DNA of 62,784 bases, counting the filler, from a bacterium (GTDB lineage: Bacteria > UBP15 > UBA6099 > JAJRTR01): NCBI GenBank assembly GCA_024278215.1. It is 5 parts of 5 records of this genome, joined end to end, with 100 filler letters (N's around TTAATTAATTAA, not from the genome) between each part and the next. Parts side by side here need not be neighbours in the genome. Positions count along the whole stretch, not along the records: positions 27,626 to 42,324 come from JAJRTR010000169.1; positions 42,425 to 47,586 come from JAJRTR010000171.1; positions 47,687 to 53,261 come from JAJRTR010000172.1; 2 more parts are not named here. The stretch is one strand, 5' to 3'. Positions 39,701 through 49,254 of this stretch are shown here, in pieces (position 1 is the stretch's first letter; every line of letters begins with the position of its first letter). The translations under genes and the position numbers were made by a program. A model generated the notes under the pieces. The model worked only from the letters and a program-made list of their open reading frames with translations. It was not told the origin of the DNA and searched no databases.

Positions 39701-40673
39701 GTTCACATACAGGTATGCGCCGCTTCACGCGAATGTCTATTACAAGAGCCTGGAACTGTTCGACAAAGTGAATAACAGGCCGGATTTCTGGGACACGGTA
39801 GTCTTTTCGTTTTTTGTAGACGGTGTATCGCGAGACGGAAAAAGAATCACTGCCGCCGCCGAAATACTTGCGCGCGGAAACAAAGTATATTACTTTGAAG
39901 GCGAATGGCCCAAGGGACCGCCGCCGAAACTTCGCGCGAAAAAAATGTACGGTCGCTTTTCAATCGACAGATCGGCATTCCCTTACTCGAAAGACGACAT
40001 AAAAGTACCCGGCGATACCGGTAACCTTATTAAAAAGAAATGCGGCTCGTGCCATGCGTTGCCGTCTGCCGGGCGCACATTCAGCGCGTGGAGCGGAATC
40101 GTCAACTGGCATATCGAGAAGAATTGGCTATGGCTGCGTCCCGCGAATCGCAGGGCAATAGTCGATGCGCTCTACGAAAAGTTTCCGCCGTCGACGTCCG
40201 ATGATGCAGCCATGCGCGAAAAAATGCTTATGCAAAAAGGCGATAAGCTATTTAAAAAACGGTGCCTGTCGTGTCACCCGTCCGAACCTGCAAGGGACAG
40301 ACCCAGGTCACGGCTCGGCTGGAAAAATATAATCGAGAGACACGAATACTGGGGCGAAAAAATGCGCGGCGACCCGATGTACGCGAATGATGAAGAAAAG
40401 AAAACACTCTTTGAATATCTTCACCTTGTTTCAGGTTCGGAACCGGAGTTGCCGGCCGGTGATCCTCGTTCGCCAAAAAAGAAATTTCAGAAATTGTGCT
40501 TCGACTGCCATGCGACAACTCTCGAAACATACAACTGGAGTAAGGCCGACAGGCGTTTCCTCGACATGCACATAAAGAATAAATTCGATGCCGGCAAGCA
40601 ACATGACGCAGAGGCTGTTCTCAAGTATCTTCTGGGCGATGATAACAGGAAAAAGAGCGGGAACGAAGAATAG
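36711..40673 (+). CDS. Large lipoprotein with three C-terminal c-type heme motifs
   Basis: Lipobox-like VSG-C after a hydrophobic stretch; CGSCH (40041), CLSCH (40263), CFDCH (40497). Confidence 0.85.
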   Translation: MRTKHNRVFSTVAARALAAFIIVSVCFALILYVSGCAGFESWKSERLSELYRSDEAGDKSGVVFTLVGEHSVIGVGANTVREDREKWKATFSMSSLEMQRGADFHLDAKVKIVDKEILRLIEKSGSDELYMLAVIAPIYNREGHFRQFTNIQMSCMLTPTGMPIETLQENLPAKFKSNHYRTPWEMVDTRTPAEAIDGDVIRFSIDSRVPGDIDDGHYRIAIEMGARIDGRLIKLELIPYLGSILLDEEKSRDVFLTANATERSRININYSPVFTVGAPAPPRMPWTLLGTVDTHGTRGIVAREDKAYFAISYSGLRQDKMIIPMNNRYGAPITYRLEPDFPTQNKEQESFEKTYYYKGPTVLSHIQLSPVELDYSSGEMSVVVHTPSGGTDDLGRAPFIGNTKTGATTGGNYFDYRFSEYGHYVIEMKGYINDVFGRTYFGGGTYDVWVALPLSMSTSCKPGMPYSVGMSYSPRVTVHPGVPADMSYEVKLYRNSSKEDVKVWKHTGRANNYGYYFPRENFEPMVFDAPGEYRAEVTATYWDKDGRLWMGGQTSASVVATRDSDVTVHGDIMFFQSRPFDVNVPLDFRPRFELRASGLAGTQEINDMTMTQIRMGMPYNSNDVLFFSPALLWNVGEMYPLLSFSTTDRSVTGEVLNNFPPLDRFLNEHFGETIDDLNDCWGKVYAVDTCDSMLLDMVETSLHKAADNLTVMSMGANRYQPHAFQEDQEIVSYYYSSSIKPGLLSRNVVSDSTNSTSYWIITPNFFGHQFGSGENGDVRGDLYHLMGGVVYRNLKTGVNKYGIYHSSALVADGRDENNRVEAPLKSPLVTVGGRDYYMFPGMSPEQGAIYETGDKIVSGGFLFPSISADYEFRLVPPSGKPLIYKGKSNDFGLFKPMPGYIAREPGLYRVYMKFFAGGREGATLGKPDGWYHLYVVEENSPYKITFDMPLVSEFDPKDVLELHGSLPEGWKDGKLYYTVVSPGVVYSDGELPIEDGRFTYRYAPLHANVYYKSLELFDKVNNRPDFWDTVVFSFFVDGVSRDGKRITAAAEILARGNKVYYFEGEWPKGPPPKLRAKKMYGRFSIDRSAFPYSKDDIKVPGDTGNLIKKKCGSCHALPSAGRTFSAWSGIVNWHIEKNWLWLRPANRRAIVDALYEKFPPSTSDDAAMREKMLMQKGDKLFKKRCLSCHPSEPARDRPRSRLGWKNIIERHEYWGEKMRGDPMYANDEEKKTLFEYLHLVSGSEPELPAGDPRSPKKKFQKLCFDCHATTLETYNWSKADRRFLDMHIKNKFDAGKQHDAEAVLKYLLGDDNRKKSGNEE

Positions 40674-40777
40674 TCAACGACCGACCATAAGTTGTTATAG
40701 AGCTTTGGTGAAATGTGCGGATTACGGTAAGATATCACGGTAGTATTGTTCTCAATGAAAAATGACAGGACCATATT

Positions 40778-41407
40778 ATGAAAGAAAAAATCACGAATAT
40801 ACCATCAAAAATTGTGGCGCTTGGCCTGAATTATCGTGACCATGCCAAAGAATTCAAACTGCCTGTTCCTGAAGAACCGATAATTTTCATGAAGCCGCCC
40901 ACGGCTGTGATTTTCGATGGTGACGACATCGTCTATCCCGCGCAGGCGACCCGTGTGGATTACGAAGCGGAACTCGCGATAGTTATAGGCAAAAAAGCTA
41001 AAAATATAAATGCCGCAGACGTTCCTGATTACATTCGCGGCTATACCTGCCTCAACGACATCACGGAACGGCATATCCAGGGCCGCGACGGGCAGTGGAC
41101 ACGCGCGAAGAGTTTCGACACTTTCTGTTCGATCGGACCTGTTGTCACCGACGAGATAGACCCGGCAAATGTGGCAGTGAGGTCGTACCTTAACGGAGAA
41201 CTCAAGCAGGATTCGAACACGAGGAACCTGATATTTACGATTGGAAAGATCGTGGAGTTCGTATCCGGCGTTATGACGCTTCTGCCCGGCGACGTCATTG
41301 CGACCGGCACACCTTCGGGCATCGGGCCTATGTTGCCGGGAGACGAGATAGTCATTGAAGTTGAAGGCATAGGCAAATTGACAAACCGTGTTGTCAAAGC
41401 AGATTGA
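40778..41407 (+). CDS. Fumarylacetoacetate hydrolase family protein
   Basis: GLNYRDH, FMKPPT, DYEAEL, NDITER, WTRAKSFDTF, GDVIATGTPSG. Confidence 0.95.
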   Translation: MKEKITNIPSKIVALGLNYRDHAKEFKLPVPEEPIIFMKPPTAVIFDGDDIVYPAQATRVDYEAELAIVIGKKAKNINAADVPDYIRGYTCLNDITERHIQGRDGQWTRAKSFDTFCSIGPVVTDEIDPANVAVRSYLNGELKQDSNTRNLIFTIGKIVEFVSGVMTLLPGDVIATGTPSGIGPMLPGDEIVIEVEGIGKLTNRVVKAD

Positions 41408-41449
41408 TATAAGAGCCTCCGCAGCAATATTCCGGCGCTTGCGTGGCTC

Positions 41450-42324
41450 TTACATCGCTTTTTTAATTATTTCCACCGCTTCATCAAACGTCATTTCTTC
41501 AGGGTTATATATAAGAGAACCGTCGTTAATAGCGAGTTTTGCGATTTCCTCTATTTTATCTGCTGTCACACCGGCTTCTTTCAATGTCGTGGGCAAGCCG
41601 CAAATCTGCTTGAGATGTTTGCTGAGATTTCGCACGGCGTCGATAGCGGCGCGGGCCTTCACAAGAGAATTGCCCGGCACATTCGAACCGCACAGGTACG
41701 GCGCGAGTTCGGCGATAATGTCGGCACGTTTCGTGAGGTTGTGTTCCATGCCGAAGGGAAGGAAAATGTTGTTGGCTGTTCCGTGCGGAACGTGGCACGC
41801 GCCCCCTGCGGCGTGAGCCAGCGAATGGACCATGCCGACCATCGAGTTGGAAAACGCCATTCCGGCGATCAGTGCCCCGTTCGCCATGTTCATCCTTGCG
41901 TCGACATCGCCGCCATCTTTCACGCATTTAACAAGATTTGCCGTAATCAGCTTGATCGCTGTAAGCGCCAGAGAATCCGAAACGGGGTTTTTGCCGAGGC
42001 AATAATATGCTTCGCAGGCGTGTGTGAGTGCATCCATGCCGGTAGCGGCGGTGATCTGGGGCGGCAGAGTCTGTGTCATGCGCGGGTCGATTATCGCAAC
42101 TTTTGGATATAGTTTATCTGAAGTGAAAGCCATTTTTTCTTTTGCATCGACATTATAGACGACAGCGACAAGCGTGACTTCCGAGCCGGTGCCGGCGGTA
42201 GTGGGCACAGCGATGAAGGGCTGAAGGTCTTTGTTCACGCGGTCCGCGCCCTGGAATTGCATCAGGTCGGTTGTGCCTTCCGTGACGACAATATTAGCGC
42301 ACTTCGCCGTGTCCATACTGCTGC
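41450..42324 (-). CDS. Iron-containing alcohol dehydrogenase, C-terminal part (5' end lost at contig end)
   Basis: SSMDTAK, VPTTAGTGSEVT, GMDALTHA, HSLAH...HGTAN. Confidence 0.92.
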
Positions 42325-42424
42325 NNNNNNNNNNNNNNNNNNNNNNNNNNNNNNNNNNNNNNNNNNNNTTAATTAATTAANNNNNNNNNNNNNNNNNNNN
42401 NNNNNNNNNNNNNNNNNNNNNNNN
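42325..42424. other. Artificial contig linker
   Basis: N-TTAATTAATTAA-N spacer. Confidence 0.99.
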
Positions 42425-42563
42425 AAATTGTTCAGAGCAAGGCAGAGGTGTAAAATCCTCGCAGGCGTACTTGCAGAGTACGTCGAGGACGATTTTGCGC
42501 CGACAACGCAGCTATGGACAATAGCAGCCGACCGCAGCAGAATCAGAATTTTGCAATTGGCTC
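42425..42563. mobile_element. MITE-like family A, partial copy at contig start
   Basis: Ends in ATTTTGCAATTGGCTC; identical to 47687-47825. Confidence 0.85.
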
Positions 42564-42659
42564 GTGTATGCTTAATCGGGATATTGCCCGGTTTATTCCC
42601 TTTCAATACTTAATGTTGTTAACAACAGAAATACGGACCGTGGAAGGAAAGCGGCAGGG

Positions 42660-45578
42660 ATGGATAAAATTATCAGGATATTCGCAGCGGCTCTTATCTT
42701 CGTTGTGTTTGCTGGTGCCGAATCTCATGCGCTCGATGTGAAAATATTCCTTCAGTCCGATGCGAAAAAATGCACCCGGCACGGTGCGCAGGTACTGAAA
42801 TCAAATCTCGAAAAACTCGGCTTCACACCGACGATTGTAAATGAATTGAGTTATTCCGGAACCGGTGCGGAAATTGTTATCGCCGACATTTCACTCGAAG
42901 GAAAAGCAAAACAACTGGCTGCGGAACTCGAGTTGAGAATTCCGACATCCGCCGAATCTTATGTCGTTACGGGCGAGGGTGATTTCCTCACCGGCATCGG
43001 CAGCGACTCCGTCGGTGCGATGTATGCCGCTTATGATATTGCCGAACAACTTGAGTCCGCCATGACCTCGGGCCGCGAACTCGAAGGACTCCAGACCAGA
43101 ACCAGAATACCTTTTATGGAGATCAGGGCGGTCAATCCTTTCTTCCATGTGGAGGCTTTCCAGGATCGTAATTCGTGGTATTATGACGAAGAATACTGGA
43201 AGTCATACCTTGACGAGCTCAGCCGCGACCGCTACAACCTGCTCGACATTCACGCCATGTACGGGCTCTACTCGACATTCTTTCCCAACTGTTTTCTGTA
43301 CCTGCTTACATCGGATAAATACCCGGATGTCGGAGTGCCGCGCGAGCAGGCGGAGAAAAATCTTGCGATGTTCAACCGCATAATCGAGCTTGCAAAAGAG
43401 CGGGGCATCAGGGTGTCGCTTATGAGCTATCACGCGAGTTGGGACCTGACGGCCGCTGCACGTAACGAGGCAAACAGACGCAACCCGACTGACGCCGAAC
43501 TCGCCGAATACACACGTGATGTCGTCAAGCAGATAATAAAAAAATGCCCCGACCTGTGGATGATAGGGTTCAGGATCGGCGAATCGGGCCGCGACGAAAA
43601 CTTTTTCGAGAAAAGCTACCTCGCCGGTATTAGCGACGCCGGCAGAGACATCATGCTCTTCACGCGCACCTGGCTGGCGAAGCCCCGGCAGGTGCGGCAG
43701 ATCGCCGACGCTTATCCCGGCAGAACTTTTATCGAGATAAAATATAACGGCGAACATCTCGGGCTGCCCTATCAGTCGATGACTGTGAACAGGCGCAGCG
43801 ATGCCCCCAGCTACACTTATGAAAACTACACGGACTGGCCCCGCAACTATAAAATCATCTGGCAGATACGCGCCAACGGCACTCACAGGCTATTCCGCTG
43901 GGGAGACCCCGAGTTCGCCGAACGCACTATGCGCTCCGTCCGTTTCGGCTCCGGCGCAGGCTTCTCGATGGAGCCTATGACTTCTTATTACCCGTTGACC
44001 GATTACTTCTTCAAACCCGAACTCGGATACGATTATTTCACCTGGGACCACCAGCGCAACTGGTTCTGGTACATGCTCTGGGGGCGCATGGCATATAACC
44101 CGGACACTAACAGGGAAGTCTGGCTCAACAGGTTCAGGCAGAAGTTCGGCCCGGAAGCAGCAGAAGACACTTATGAAACTGTTGTGCAGATGAGCCGAAT
44201 CGTGCCTTTGATATATTCGTGGCGCTGCCTCGGCCCGGACCACCGGGACATGGCACCCGAATATGAAACCGGCGGATCACTCGATGAATTCACCGCAAAC
44301 TATCCTCTCGACCCAGACAACATTTATTCTATTAAAGAATATGTCGACCACTTCCTGTTCAAGGACCCGCTGCTCGGTGTCAAGCTCAATCCGTTCGAGG
44401 CGGCGGACATACTCGACGACTACGCAAACACCGCGGAAGCGGCTGCCGCGCGCGCGGCGGATAAGATCGAACCCGGCAACAGGGAGTTCAAAAGCCTACA
44501 GGCTGAACTCACCATGCTCGTCAATCTCGCGCGCTACTACAGCAGCAAGATACGCGCTGCCACATATTTCGAGTTCTTCAAGCAGAAATATACTTATCCC
44601 GAATACAGATGGGCACAGGAGTACACCGCGATGTCGCAGCAATACTGGGATCGGCTTTCCACCGCCGGCGAGAAATATTTCCGTCCGATTCTCGACACGC
44701 TGCGCATGCGAAAACAGGTGAACAAGCCCACATTTACCTGGCGGGAACTACAGCCGCAACTCGACGAGGATACCGCGCAGCTTGTGGCGGCAGCGCAGGC
44801 CGTGCAGAAAAAGATTTACGAGCCGGGCAAATTTGTCGTGTATCATCTGCCTGCCTATGTTGCACTCGAAGGCGAACCTCTGAAGGTGTCGGCGACGATT
44901 TATACTCCCGATGAAAACACAAGTGTGCAGCTTCGCTACAGAACGAAAGGGGCGGAAGATTTCACCGTCGTCGCCATGAAGCCCGAAGAGGGGTCGCCCA
45001 CATTCGTCGCGCAGATTCCCGGAGAGGCCGCCACCGGGCAAGTCGAATACTACATCACTGCGGCGCAGGGTAAAAAGAAAGCGCGTTATCCCGGCAAAGC
45101 CTCTTTCTTGGAACTCGAACCGAGAGATTACAATATCGAAGACTATGCTTCAGGTTACGCCGGTGTAGCAGAGCGAGAGAGAAAAAAACGGATCAGATTC
45201 GAGAAGCAGAAATATGTCACGGTAGATTTCATAATGGAAAATGAGCCGCCGGTTATTTCCGCCGAAGCGATAAATGTTCTGGACGAAGGCGAGCGGGTCG
45301 AGATTGTCGCACGGGTCGAAGACGAAAGTCCGTTGCTGGCAGTCAATCTTTTTTATAAGCCGATGCCTACTAATTACCTCTGGAAACATACGGAAATGGA
45401 GTCCGCCGGTAATGGATTATTTAAGACAACTCTTGAACTTACCCCCAGCGGACTGCTTTACTATTTCAATGCGGTCGACACGCAGTATAATGCCGCCACG
45501 TACCCGGATTTCCTGAATGAAACGCCCTATCTGGTGCTCGATTCATGGGACCCGGAAATGAATCCTTATGAGAAGTGA
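42660..45578 (+). CDS. Large secreted protein resembling a glycoside hydrolase (GH20/GH67-like N-terminal domain, putative barrel, C-terminal Ig-like domains)
   Basis: Signal peptide ending ESHA; ESYVV...IGSDSVGAMYAAYDIAEQL; W..YLDELSRDRYN; two C-terminal beta modules (V.L.Y..., ...YY..A). Confidence 0.65.
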   Translation: MDKIIRIFAAALIFVVFAGAESHALDVKIFLQSDAKKCTRHGAQVLKSNLEKLGFTPTIVNELSYSGTGAEIVIADISLEGKAKQLAAELELRIPTSAESYVVTGEGDFLTGIGSDSVGAMYAAYDIAEQLESAMTSGRELEGLQTRTRIPFMEIRAVNPFFHVEAFQDRNSWYYDEEYWKSYLDELSRDRYNLLDIHAMYGLYSTFFPNCFLYLLTSDKYPDVGVPREQAEKNLAMFNRIIELAKERGIRVSLMSYHASWDLTAAARNEANRRNPTDAELAEYTRDVVKQIIKKCPDLWMIGFRIGESGRDENFFEKSYLAGISDAGRDIMLFTRTWLAKPRQVRQIADAYPGRTFIEIKYNGEHLGLPYQSMTVNRRSDAPSYTYENYTDWPRNYKIIWQIRANGTHRLFRWGDPEFAERTMRSVRFGSGAGFSMEPMTSYYPLTDYFFKPELGYDYFTWDHQRNWFWYMLWGRMAYNPDTNREVWLNRFRQKFGPEAAEDTYETVVQMSRIVPLIYSWRCLGPDHRDMAPEYETGGSLDEFTANYPLDPDNIYSIKEYVDHFLFKDPLLGVKLNPFEAADILDDYANTAEAAAARAADKIEPGNREFKSLQAELTMLVNLARYYSSKIRAATYFEFFKQKYTYPEYRWAQEYTAMSQQYWDRLSTAGEKYFRPILDTLRMRKQVNKPTFTWRELQPQLDEDTAQLVAAAQAVQKKIYEPGKFVVYHLPAYVALEGEPLKVSATIYTPDENTSVQLRYRTKGAEDFTVVAMKPEEGSPTFVAQIPGEAATGQVEYYITAAQGKKKARYPGKASFLELEPRDYNIEDYASGYAGVAERERKKRIRFEKQKYVTVDFIMENEPPVISAEAINVLDEGERVEIVARVEDESPLLAVNLFYKPMPTNYLWKHTEMESAGNGLFKTTLELTPSGLLYYFNAVDTQYNAATYPDFLNETPYLVLDSWDPEMNPYEK

Positions 45579-45626
45579 TCAATCTACCGCTGCCCGACAC
45601 CTGCGGCACAAAGGAAGGGACACGTA

Positions 45627-46274
45627 ATGCTCTTCGGTAAAAAAGCAAACTCTCTGAAAGATGAATTCAATGCGTATGTTGAAGAATTCAGGAAGTGCAT
45701 GAAAGGATTCGAAGATTTCTTTTATGCGTGGTCGCAGGGGATATGCGGCCCGGACCTCGAGGACCTCGAGCGCTACGTGCGACACCAGGAATCAAAATGC
45801 GACACTCACAGGCGTGAGATACAGAAGATGCTGACGACCGGCGCGTTCATGCCCGATTTCCGAAGCGATATATTCAATCTCATCGAGAATGTCGACAAGG
45901 TTGCCAACAAGGCCGAGGAAATTGTCGTTTTCGTCTCCATCGCCTGCTTCCCGATACCCGAAGACATCAAGGAAAGTTTCAGAGAGGTTCTTGTACTTAC
46001 CATACAATGCACAAAACACCTTGCCGACGCGCTGGACCTGCTTTTGAGCGACTTGAAGGCGTCGATGGATGAGGCGAATATCGTGGAAGATGTCGAGAGC
46101 GAAATAGACACGCTTGAGAGAAGAATATTCAGGCTGATATTCCATAGCCAGGATATAAACGCAGGCGACAAAATGTTGCTGAAACATTTCGTCGAAGGTG
46201 TTTGTGATATTTCCGATAAGGCGGAAAACGCATCGGACAAAATAGAACTGATGGCGATTAAAAGAAAAGCGTGA
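45627..46274 (+). CDS. DUF47/PhoU-like phosphate transport regulator
   Basis: ESKCDTHRREI, DKVANKAE, ESEIDTLER, ISDKAENASD; upstream of a Pit transporter. Confidence 0.88.
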   Translation: MLFGKKANSLKDEFNAYVEEFRKCMKGFEDFFYAWSQGICGPDLEDLERYVRHQESKCDTHRREIQKMLTTGAFMPDFRSDIFNLIENVDKVANKAEEIVVFVSIACFPIPEDIKESFREVLVLTIQCTKHLADALDLLLSDLKASMDEANIVEDVESEIDTLERRIFRLIFHSQDINAGDKMLLKHFVEGVCDISDKAENASDKIELMAIKRKA

Positions 46275-46323
46275 ATGACAGAACCGCACTTGAAGTGCGC
46301 GAATACACGGGAGTCCTGATTAT

Positions 46324-47277
46324 TTGATCTGGGGTTGGTTGTCAGGCAGTGTTTTCCTGGGCTGGTCGCTCGGGTCCAACGACGCGTCGAATGTGTTCGG
46401 CACAGCGGTAGGCACAAAAACCATCAATTTCAGAACCGCCGTGATTTGTATATGTATTTTTTGCATACTCGGCGCTGTGCTCGAAGGCACACACTGTATA
46501 GAGACAATCAGCAAACTCACCACGCAGAGCATACAGACTGCATTCATCGTTTCCACCGCTGCCGCGCTGACGGTAACCGTGATGACAATCCTGAAACTGC
46601 CTGTTTCGACAAGCCAGGCTGTTGTCGGCGCTATCATCGGCATAAGTTTTGTGCTTCGTCAGCCGATCGACACGCACGGCCTGAAAAAAGTCGTCGCCTG
46701 CTGGGTCGGCACACCTGTAGGCAGCATGTTCATTTCTGTGATACTTTACTACTTTTTCGGTTTCTTCTGGAACAGATTCGCACACAGAAATATCCAGTTT
46801 ATGGACAACCTTCTGAAATTCGGGCTCATTGTCGCCGGCTCCTATGGAGCCTATGCGCTCGGCGCTAACAATGTGGCCAACGTAACCGGAGTCTTCGCCG
46901 GCACCGGTATGGGCAATTTCTCTGCTGTCACATGGGCACTTATCGGCGCGTTATCTATCTGTTTTGGTGTTGTCACTTACAGCAGGAATGTTATGATGAC
47001 GGTTGGGGCCAATCTCGTACCACTGAATCCGTTCACCGCATTCATCGCGGTGATGTCTGAAGCGGTGACAGTGCATATATACGCGCAGGTAGGCGTACCC
47101 GTCTCGACCAGCCAGGCGATTGTAGGCGCGGTGCTGGGCATAGGGCTGGTTAAGGGAATGAGATCGGTGAACAACAAAGTGCTGTTCGGCATTGCCGTGG
47201 GCTGGATATCTACCCCGATTATCGCCGGGCTCACAGCCTTTTTCGCGTACAAGTTCTACTTGTCGTTCATCGCATAG
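46324..47277 (+). CDS. pit: PiT-family inorganic phosphate transporter
   Basis: GSNDASNVFGTAVG, LPVSTSQAVVG, GANNVAN, VPVSTSQAIVGA. Confidence 0.93.
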   Translation: MIWGWLSGSVFLGWSLGSNDASNVFGTAVGTKTINFRTAVICICIFCILGAVLEGTHCIETISKLTTQSIQTAFIVSTAAALTVTVMTILKLPVSTSQAVVGAIIGISFVLRQPIDTHGLKKVVACWVGTPVGSMFISVILYYFFGFFWNRFAHRNIQFMDNLLKFGLIVAGSYGAYALGANNVANVTGVFAGTGMGNFSAVTWALIGALSICFGVVTYSRNVMMTVGANLVPLNPFTAFIAVMSEAVTVHIYAQVGVPVSTSQAIVGAVLGIGLVKGMRSVNNKVLFGIAVGWISTPIIAGLTAFFAYKFYLSFIA

Positions 47278-47586
47278 GCGTAATACCCCGAAAGCTTAAT
47301 TGAACGCCAGCTTTAACAAGCATATTTCACCAATGTGGGCTCAAAACCGGGAGAATGCCTTGTAATCAAGGCGCGGCAAGTGAGTGGTGAGGGACGGCCA
47401 GCCGGCCTCTTGCGCAAAATGTCGGTATGTGACCGATACCGAATCGCCGCCGCAACGCAGTAGGGTCTTACGACTGAGATGCTACACAGGATGGTAAAGA
47501 AATACTGAAAAGAGATCGGTGAAAGCTGGAGTTTCCAGTTACAGACATTTCCAGGGTAGACCTTTGGAACGATGAAACTCTGTGTG

Positions 47587-47686
47587 NNNNNNNNNNNNNN
47601 NNNNNNNNNNNNNNNNNNNNNNNNNNNNNNTTAATTAATTAANNNNNNNNNNNNNNNNNNNNNNNNNNNNNNNNNNNNNNNNNNNN
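47587..47686. other. Artificial contig linker
   Basis: N-TTAATTAATTAA-N spacer. Confidence 0.99.
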
Positions 47687-47825
47687 AAATTGTTCAGAGC
47701 AAGGCAGAGGTGTAAAATCCTCGCAGGCGTACTTGCAGAGTACGTCGAGGACGATTTTGCGCCGACAACGCAGCTATGGACAATAGCAGCCGACCGCAGC
47801 AGAATCAGAATTTTGCAATTGGCTC
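47687..47825. mobile_element. MITE-like family A, partial copy at contig start
   Basis: Identical to 42425-42563; ends in the family A TIR. Confidence 0.85.
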
Positions 47826-47891
47826 GTATATATAATATCACGAATCCGAGCAGAATTTGAAGTAAAGCGGCCAGACAATGTGCATAACGTC

Positions 47892-48042
47892 GCTTCAGAA
47901 CCTGTGTATGCGACACAAAAGTGGGTTTTTGCGAAAAGCGGGACAGGTACCGCAAAAAACAGCGTTACCAGTCCCTGTTTTTCGCACATTAAAAATGTGG
48001 TTGTTTTTAACCCACTTTTATGTCGCACAGCTTCAGAACCTG
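47892..48042. repeat. Palindromic MITE-like element (family C) bounded by a 13-bp direct repeat
   Basis: GCTTCAGAACCTG at 47892-47904 and 48030-48042. Inside, inverted repeats TGCGACAYAAAAGTGGGTT and an inner imperfect hairpin TGCGAAAA..GGGACWGGTA. Confidence 0.65.
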
Positions 48043-48175
48043 CTGTAACTGAAAAAATGTATGAATTATGGTAGTATTGAAGTTGAATGATACCCCGCAT
48101 TCGAGTGAGTGAAAAAAAAGAGCGGGAATGACACGTCTTTGATACCGCTGAAGTATGCGGCGGGGAACTTCATAA

Positions 48176-49120
48176 ATGACGAGTATGATGGAACATGTAA
48201 CATGTGATCTCTGCGGCAGTGACGACTGCTCGCGCGAGCTTGAAAAGAACGGCTGCACGATCGTAAAGTGCGGCGACTGCGGCCTCGTGTATGTGAACCC
48301 GAGGCCGACAGAAGCATATCTTTCCGCAGAAGTATACACAGAAGCATATTTCAATGCGGAAAAAGGTTATGGAATAGCCGACCTTTTCGGGGCGGGCCAC
48401 AGGGAAGCACGTGCCAGGGCGGACAGGATACTCGACGATGTCGAAAAAAGGATCAGCCCGGGTAATGTCTTCGATGTGGGCTGCTCAGCCGGTTTTGTTC
48501 TCGAAAAAGCTCGTGAGCGTGGATGGAATACCCGCGGAATAGAGCTATCGGATTTCGCCGCCTCTTATGCGAGGGAAGAACTCGGACTGGATGTCGCCAC
48601 CGGTAGTCTCACAGACACTACCGTCGAGCTTCCCGAGAATGCCTTTGATCTTGTGTTGATGCTTGACGTAATCGAGCATTTCACGTCTCCTTCTACTGCC
48701 CTGGCTCGCACTGCGGACATGATGAAAAGCAATGGCCTGCTATATATGAATACGCCGAACTATGACAGTCCACCCGTGCGCGCGCTTGGCGCGGGATGGG
48801 GCAATATCACACCTGAACACCATCTGTTTTATTTCACGCCTGACACACTTGAGCGTATGCTGGATAAAAATGGATTCAAAATTGTAGATATGCAGTTCCC
48901 GCTATGGGGACTTGCGGACGTACTGCTGTCTGCCGGATCGTTCAGAAAGGCAGGAATTCCGGCCGGCGATGAGCAGAAGAAGTTTGTCCGGAAATATCTC
49001 AGGGGACCGCGCGACCTTGCGCGTGGTATCGTATCCGGCATCGACCGTATCCTGATCACACCATTCACAAAACGCAGGACCGGCGTCTCGATAAATGTCA
49101 TAGCAGAAAAAAAATTCTGA
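48176..49120 (+). CDS. Class I SAM-dependent methyltransferase with N-terminal zinc ribbon
   Basis: CDLCG...CGDCGLVYVNPRP, VFDVGCSAG, DVIEH, TPN, PEHHLFYFT. Confidence 0.9.
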   Translation: MTSMMEHVTCDLCGSDDCSRELEKNGCTIVKCGDCGLVYVNPRPTEAYLSAEVYTEAYFNAEKGYGIADLFGAGHREARARADRILDDVEKRISPGNVFDVGCSAGFVLEKARERGWNTRGIELSDFAASYAREELGLDVATGSLTDTTVELPENAFDLVLMLDVIEHFTSPSTALARTADMMKSNGLLYMNTPNYDSPPVRALGAGWGNITPEHHLFYFTPDTLERMLDKNGFKIVDMQFPLWGLADVLLSAGSFRKAGIPAGDEQKKFVRKYLRGPRDLARGIVSGIDRILITPFTKRRTGVSINVIAEKKF

Positions 49121-49254
49121 TTCTGCTACGCTCGACTGCAATTGTCCGGAGCTAACCCGGATTTCTCACAAAGAACTCCGGGGCCTGTCTGGTACCGGCT
49201 ATGGCGGGTCAGGTTGAATGAGCAGTTACAGAAGAGAGATAGAAAGCACGTCCA

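Noticed and set aside
42425-42565. Exactly identical 141-nt starts of two contigs (also 47687-47827), suggesting very recent duplication
   Set aside because: Identity ends at exactly 141 nt, the pattern expected when a de Bruijn assembler with k=141 breaks at a repeat. The shared bases may be one collapsed node, so they do not show recent transposition.
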